The position numbers and the translations under genes are program-made. Positions 58,761 to 64,000 of a stretch of 64,000 bases of DNA are shown in pieces (within the stretch, counting starts at the first letter, position 1; each line of letters starts with the position of its first letter). The notes beneath the pieces were generated by a model. The model was not told where the DNA came from. It ran no database searches and saw only the letters and a program-made list of their open reading frames with translations. Origin of the DNA: Candidatus Micrarchaeota archaeon (lineage in GTDB: Archaea > Micrarchaeota > Micrarchaeia > Anstonellales > Bilamarchaeaceae); assembly GCA_043816005.1 (NCBI GenBank), contig JBDRIM010000064.1, forward strand, positions 13,832 through 77,831. The letters are read 5' to 3'.

Positions 58761-61412
58761 TTATTTTTTCTTTATTATTAATTTTTCCAGAGTTATTGCT
58801 ATGACGAGAAGTATAAGATAACCGCCCATTGTAAGTATTATTTTCAACCAATCATCAATAAGCAATGGAACCACACCAAACATATTATTGAATGGCCCGT
58901 AGATCAGTACTAGTTGTAGAATAATAGAACACAATACAGCCATGTGCAACCATTTGTTTGACAGAAGTGGAGTCTTATACCTCCATCTTACAATATAAAC
59001 AGTCAACATTTCCATGATAACAAATGAAGTAAAAAGAATACTGTATGCTTTTATGGCGAGATCAACAGAAAGCACATAGTAATATAGCGCAATTAAAGCA
59101 ATTGCACCACTAAGTCCAAGTGATGCAAGAAAATAAATGGTTTGTTTGTTTACCATTCTTTCACTTTTCTCTCGTGGTTTTCTTGTCATTACATCTTTTG
59201 GTGCAGGATCAACACCCAGAGCTAAAGCAGGGAGACCATCAGTAACAAGGTTTATCCATAAAAGCTGAACAGCTATTTTTGGTGATATGCCCAATACAGT
59301 GATGGTAGATATAAAAATGATCAGAACTTCTGAGATATTTGCACCCAGAAGATAGACTACAAATTTCCGTATATTGTCAAAAGTACTCCTACCCTCTGCA
59401 ATTGCATTTCTTATTGTAATAAAATTATCATCAAGAATGATTATGTCGCTGGCTTGTTTTGTTACTTCGGTGCCACGTATACCCATAGCAATTCCGACGT
59501 CAGAATTTTTTATTGCAGCAGCATCATTGACACCATCTCCAGTCATACAAACTATATGGTTGTTTGTTTGAAGTGCCTTGAGTAATAGAACTTTGTGTTT
59601 TGGGCTTGTTCTTGCATAGATATCAACTTCCTCAACGATTCTTTTGATTTCTTCTTCGGACATGTTATCTAATTCAGTACCATTAATACTTGCGCCTGCA
59701 AACCCGAGTTCTTTACCTATTGCAGTTGCTGTGTGTATGTTGTCTCCAGTAACCATGACCACACGTATGCCTGCATTTCTGCAATCAGCAATTGCTTCCT
59801 TAACACCAGCTCTAGGCGGATCTATCATCCCCATCAAACCAAGAAATACCAGGTCGTTTTCCATGTCTTTTTCTTCGAAAGATTTTGGTTTTTCTTTATA
59901 GGCAAGTGCAAGCACTCTCAATGCATCTGAAGCCATGGTGGTGTTGTGTTTTAAGAGAAATGATCTATCTACATTTGATAGTTTTTTGATCTTACCATCA
60001 ACAAGAACTTTGTTGCACCTTGCAATTACAACTTCTGGTGCGCCTTTTACAAAAGAATAAGTTTTATGTGCATCAGAATTTGCCGTTGACATCATTTTCC
60101 GATCTCCGGAAAAGGACACCTCGCCTATTCTTTTGAATTTTTTACGAATAGAATCAGTATCCAAACCAGCTTTGTATGCTGGAATGAGAATGGCTGTCTC
60201 TGTTGGGTCGCCTTTAAACTTACCACCTTCAGTCTGATGAGCATCATTACATAGAATTGCACAGTTTAGAAGCATGTCCATATTTGTGTTGTTTCCATTT
60301 CCACGCACAACAAACTTTCCAGCAGTAGTAAGTCCTTTTCCCGTAACGTCAAAATAACTATCCGGAATATAAATTTGAGTAACAGTCATTGTGTTTTCGG
60401 TTAACGTACCTGTTTTATCAGTGCAGATAATATCAACAGAACCAAGATCCTGAACTGTGGAAAGACGTCTCATCAAAGCATTTTGTTTTAGCATGCGGTT
60501 TGTTGCTATTGATAATGCAAGTGTAACGACAGCTGGTAATCCTTCTGGTATTGCCGCGACTCCTAATGCAACAGCAGCTATAAAAATAAAGAGAATGTCC
60601 CCGGTGCGAAGCAAAAACTCAGTTGCAATAATAACAATCAGAATGGCTAATGTAATAATGGAAACTTTTTTTCCTAGGTCTTCGATCTCCACTTGAAATT
60701 GAGTTACTTTTTCAGGTGCCTCTGATATTTCTTTAGCAATTTTCCCCACTTCAGTTGTAAGATTTGTTTGTGTAACTACTACAGCACCCCGTCCTCTCGT
60801 GATTATTGAATTCATAAAAACAGAATTTGTACGTTCTGCAAGAGGCGTTTTTTCGTTGATAATTCCCACTTTTTTGTTTGATGGTAGTGACTCTCCAGTA
60901 AGCATTGATTCATCAGTATAAAGAGAAAAACATTCGACTAGTCTTCCATCGGCAGCAACTTTATCACCCTCTTCCAGGATAAGGATATCTCCTGGAACAA
61001 CTTCTTCTGAATCAATTTCTACTTCCTCCCCATCACGTAATACTGTTGCTCTTGGCGCAGCCATCTTTGACAGTGCTTCGATTGTTTTTTCGGCCTTATA
61101 CTCCTGAAAAAAACCAAAAAGAGCATTTGCAATAACAATTGTAAAAATTAAAATGGCATCAAGAAAATCAGCTTCATGTGGATTCAGCAGGCTAACAGTC
61201 AGAGAAACAACAGCAGCAAAAAGCAGTAGGATAACAAGCATATTCTTGAATTGGTTTATGAGAATGGTCAACGGGGATATTTGTTTTTTTATAGCAATGG
61301 AATTACGACCATATTTTACTAGACGAATAGCTGCTTCTGAATTTGTTAGTCCTTTTTCATTTGTTTCAAGCTGGTGTAGAAGGTCTTTCATTGGAATTGT
61401 ATGCCACGCCAT
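58761..61412 (-). CDS. P-type IIA cation (Ca2+)-transporting ATPase
   Basis: TGES, PEGL, DKTGT, KGAPE, TGDGVND, LVTDG. Confidence 0.95.
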   Translation of the reverse strand: MAWHTIPMKDLLHQLETNEKGLTNSEAAIRLVKYGRNSIAIKKQISPLTILINQFKNMLVILLLFAAVVSLTVSLLNPHEADFLDAILIFTIVIANALFGFFQEYKAEKTIEALSKMAAPRATVLRDGEEVEIDSEEVVPGDILILEEGDKVAADGRLVECFSLYTDESMLTGESLPSNKKVGIINEKTPLAERTNSVFMNSIITRGRGAVVVTQTNLTTEVGKIAKEISEAPEKVTQFQVEIEDLGKKVSIITLAILIVIIATEFLLRTGDILFIFIAAVALGVAAIPEGLPAVVTLALSIATNRMLKQNALMRRLSTVQDLGSVDIICTDKTGTLTENTMTVTQIYIPDSYFDVTGKGLTTAGKFVVRGNGNNTNMDMLLNCAILCNDAHQTEGGKFKGDPTETAILIPAYKAGLDTDSIRKKFKRIGEVSFSGDRKMMSTANSDAHKTYSFVKGAPEVVIARCNKVLVDGKIKKLSNVDRSFLLKHNTTMASDALRVLALAYKEKPKSFEEKDMENDLVFLGLMGMIDPPRAGVKEAIADCRNAGIRVVMVTGDNIHTATAIGKELGFAGASINGTELDNMSEEEIKRIVEEVDIYARTSPKHKVLLLKALQTNNHIVCMTGDGVNDAAAIKNSDVGIAMGIRGTEVTKQASDIIILDDNFITIRNAIAEGRSTFDNIRKFVVYLLGANISEVLIIFISTITVLGISPKIAVQLLWINLVTDGLPALALGVDPAPKDVMTRKPREKSERMVNKQTIYFLASLGLSGAIALIALYYYVLSVDLAIKAYSILFTSFVIMEMLTVYIVRWRYKTPLLSNKWLHMAVLCSIILQLVLIYGPFNNMFGVVPLLIDDWLKIILTMGGYLILLVIAITLEKLIIKKK

Positions 61413-61420
61413 AAGATCCC

Positions 61421-62269
61421 TCAGTCTGATATAAAGTTACCATGCTTGATTTTAAGTATAGTTACTTTGAAATTAAGAGTTTTATTAGCAAGGGGATGAT
61501 TTGCATCGAGGGTAATGTGGCTATCATTAATATCAATAACCCTAAGTGAAATTGGAACTCCAGTATTAGGATTTGGCATGGAATATGTCGTACCATTTTG
61601 AAGCATTAATTCAATAGAGGCAGTTGTATTTGTGATATTAATTACTTTTTTTGTTATCTCATTTTGTATGAATTCTTGTCCAGTGATAAACACATAGAAA
61701 ATGGTAATATTTTCATCATTCATATCACTAACAATAGCCATTGGGTTTTCAGAGAGCAAAGTACCATTACTAAGATTTATTCCACGTGCCTCAAAATAAC
61801 TGCGTGGTGCGACTTCATATAATTCCTGAGTATAATAGCGCTCTATTGTTATGACTTTAGTTGGATCGTAAAGGCCATACCCTAAGTTAGGTTGAACAGA
61901 AAACGCCAGTGTTTCATTAATAGTCATACCAATCACATTTAGTACAAAACCATTCACAATTCCTTTATTCAATGCTACTTCAAATTGAATTGGATTGTAT
62001 GATCGTTTTGGGTCATAAATACCAGATTCAACAGCCAAAGTTGCATTGCTTGTATCCATAATTTTGCCATCGACGAATAATGTATAGTCTGCAAGAACAT
62101 AATCTCCAAAATTAATAGTATAATTTGCTGGAAGTGACCCATACACTGGTGTTGACGGAGTGGGAGTTGAAATTGTTGGTGGAGTGATTGGATTATTCTC
62201 AGATTGGTATTGATTCACACAACCAAACATCAATAGGATAAATATTGCAGATAATAAAATGTTTTTCAT
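61421..62269 (-). CDS. exported FKBP-type peptidyl-prolyl isomerase (SlyD-like, long flap)
   Basis: MFGC lipobox; IMDTS, GYG, LDANHPLANKTLNFKV. Confidence 0.85.
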   Translation of the reverse strand: MKNILLSAIFILLMFGCVNQYQSENNPITPPTISTPTPSTPVYGSLPANYTINFGDYVLADYTLFVDGKIMDTSNATLAVESGIYDPKRSYNPIQFEVALNKGIVNGFVLNVIGMTINETLAFSVQPNLGYGLYDPTKVITIERYYTQELYEVAPRSYFEARGINLSNGTLLSENPMAIVSDMNDENITIFYVFITGQEFIQNEITKKVINITNTTASIELMLQNGTTYSMPNPNTGVPISLRVIDINDSHITLDANHPLANKTLNFKVTILKIKHGNFISD

Positions 62270-62299
62270 TGTCAAACACCTCTAAATTTTTGAAATAAA

Positions 62300-62421
62300 T
62301 TTTAAGTAAAAATGGGGTCCAGTTGGCTTGTTGCCAATGGCTCCCATTTTACATAAGCAAATGGGGTCAGAAAGAACGGTAATCCGTTCTTAACCCCCAT
62401 TTTTTAAGTAAAAATGGGGTC
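62300..62421. repeat. repeated tRNA-Trp 3' end/trailer: 20-bp copies at 62300-62319 and 62402-62421, 10-bp copy at 62359-62368
   Basis: ttttaagtaaaaatggggtc twice, aaatggggtc three times; each extra copy closes a hairpin. Confidence 0.85.
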
Positions 62422-62653
62422 GTAGAGATCAGCTCTCGCTTTTTTAGCAAATTTTTTGGTTCTTTTTTCCTAAAAAAGAATATTGAACTCTAACATGCTG
62501 GTTTCACGGCTACAATTTCTGTCATATGACAGAGAGATCTGGAGCTTCGGCAACTTTTTCAGTTAATAAGAATTAGAAAAAGTTTCAGCCGCGCTACCGG
62601 ATTGCATGTACTTTTTTGGTTTTCAAGCCAAAAAGGCTTTACGCCACGACCCC
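62415..62653 (-). tRNA. tRNA-Trp(CCA) with four introns: 15/16 (62602-62638), 30/31 (62546-62585), 37/38 (62503-62538), 58/59 (62430-62482)
   Basis: Spliced 73-nt GGGGTCG-TG-GCGTAATCCGGTAGCGC-G-GCTGG-CTCCAGA-CCAGC-ATGT-TAGAG-TTCAAAT-CTCTA-CGACCCC-A; BHB helices GCGT/ATGC, CGGC/GCCG, GTTC/GAGC. Confidence 0.88.
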
Positions 62654-62713
62654 AAATAACACACTCGGATGATTAATACCGAGAGAGATAATACTAGATA
62701 GAACGAGTTTATA

Positions 62714-63388
62714 TTATTTAGCTAATACTGCAGTTGTTCGTGCAAATTCAGAGAGAATGTCTTTTGAATTTTTGACGTATATGTGGTATTCTGGCGTATA
62801 GTTCTTTCTTTGGTAAGCATATAGACGACACGAATAGCCAATACCGGCTAGGATAGTACGGATATCATCCCTAAGTTTGGAACTGGACGTATAAAAACGC
62901 AGGGAATTTTTAACAACAGAACCATCGGTATGGAATAGTCCAAGTAGCAGGGCTAATTTTGCATTTCGAGATGAATTCGCAGGTAACAAAATTCGAACCG
63001 TCTTAGTTTTGTTTTTAGTGATATTGAAAAAACGGTTGAAAAAGTAATAGATGATCTTATTTGAGTATTTTAGAATGTAAGTACGGCGACCATCTTTCCT
63101 GCAATTAAGAGTTATTTTTTTACGGATGCCGAAGACTTTTTGGAACAATGACTGAATAAGAAATAACACATTTCTGTCTTTCATTTCGAAAGTGATGAAA
63201 TATGAGCCGCCAGAGGTATGTCTAAGAGACCCATCTCCAATGAGAGCACCAAGAGGATACATCAATTTTGGAGTTGAGTGCATTGGAATGGTAACCGAAC
63301 AGTGACTTGAGCATTTGCCCGAACGAAATTGGCAGATACCAAATTTTTTGAATTTGTTTTTGCCGAGTAGCTTGATTGCAATATCCAA
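62714..63388 (-). CDS. free-standing two-motif LAGLIDADG endonuclease-like protein (N-terminus probably frameshifted)
   Basis: YPLGALIGDG and LLGLFHTDG motifs; ends about 60 nt upstream of tRNA-Trp. Confidence 0.82.
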   Translation of the reverse strand: MDIAIKLLGKNKFKKFGICQFRSGKCSSHCSVTIPMHSTPKLMYPLGALIGDGSLRHTSGGSYFITFEMKDRNVLFLIQSLFQKVFGIRKKITLNCRKDGRRTYILKYSNKIIYYFFNRFFNITKNKTKTVRILLPANSSRNAKLALLLGLFHTDGSVVKNSLRFYTSSSKLRDDIRTILAGIGYSCRLYAYQRKNYTPEYHIYVKNSKDILSEFARTTAVLAK

Positions 63389-63680
63389 CGGAATTCCATA
63401 TTGTAGCTTGAGCCATCTGTTGAAGGTTTTCGATGTTTGTTTTTATCTTGCGAGTGGAGATAAACGACCTAGATGAAAGGTTGCCCTTTAGCTTATGGAT
63501 ATAAGTGACTAATCTGGTGTCTTTTACACGAAATGCTAAACCAACAAACTGAATTGGGTTGATGGTAGCTTTGGACAACACCATAGACAAAAGAACGATT
63601 TGTGATTTATAAATATTGTTAGACGCGATTTCCGCGGAGCGATTCACAACAAATTTAAACCTCAAATAAGATAATAGGTC

Positions 63681-64000
63681 ATGGAAAAACTCATCAAAAT
63701 AGCAGAAGAGAACAAAACTATTCTTTGTTTTGGTATTGACCCTGATCTGAGAAGAATAGAGAAATATATCCCAAATGCAACAGCAAAAGATATAACTGCT
63801 TTTTTCAGCGAGATAACTGACAAGCTTATTGCAGAAAATGCGATCTCAGCAATAAAACCAAATTATGCATATTTTGCCCAATATGGATTTGATGGATTAT
63901 ATGCGCTTAGAGATATTCTTAACCGCTACCTCAATAAAACATGGGTAATTCTCGACGTTAAAAGAGGAGATATTGGAAAAAGTAGCGACGCATATGCAAA
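63681..64000 (+). CDS. pyrF: orotidine-5'-phosphate decarboxylase (5' part, runs off the window)
   Basis: LCFGIDPD, AIKPNYAYF, ILDVKRGDIG. Confidence 0.9.
   Translation, partial: MEKLIKIAEENKTILCFGIDPDLRRIEKYIPNATAKDITAFFSEITDKLIAENAISAIKPNYAYFAQYGFDGLYALRDILNRYLNKTWVILDVKRGDIGKSSDAYA

Noticed and set aside
62300..62421. CRISPR mini-array
   Set aside because: Only 2-3 short unequal repeats that are tRNA-end copies; the spacers are hairpins; no cas genes in the window

Overview
AT-rich archaeal chromosome segment, most likely from a DPANN archaeon of the Micrarchaeota type. This is inferred from PolD DP1, proteasome beta, aCPSF1, Trm56, HMG-CoA synthase, geranylgeranyl reductase, a ~390-aa multi-unit tRNA splicing endonuclease and tRNA-Ile(UAU). 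It holds housekeeping genes, a small toxin-antitoxin island, a bacterial-type arginine operon, a type IV pilus-like cluster and an orphan operon of large proteins. The most striking content is non-coding. All four tRNA genes I could reconstruct by hand are broken by multiple BHB-type introns: Arg-CCU has 3, Ile-UAU 2, Arg-UCU 2 and Trp-CCA 4 (with a 7-nt exon). The introns are built from recurring palindromic modules that also occur free-standing between genes, including just downstream of endA. Each tRNA has duplicated terminal sequence next to it, and two sit directly downstream of free-standing LAGLIDADG endonuclease genes. Together this suggests a tRNA-targeting, intron-generating mobile system (inference). 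Also found: three tandem hyper-acidic micro-ORFs, an apparent ATC start codon, a trm56 5'-end duplication bracketing an AbiE-like module, and a duplicated pilin lacking its processing signal. All calls are from manual reading; no searches were run.
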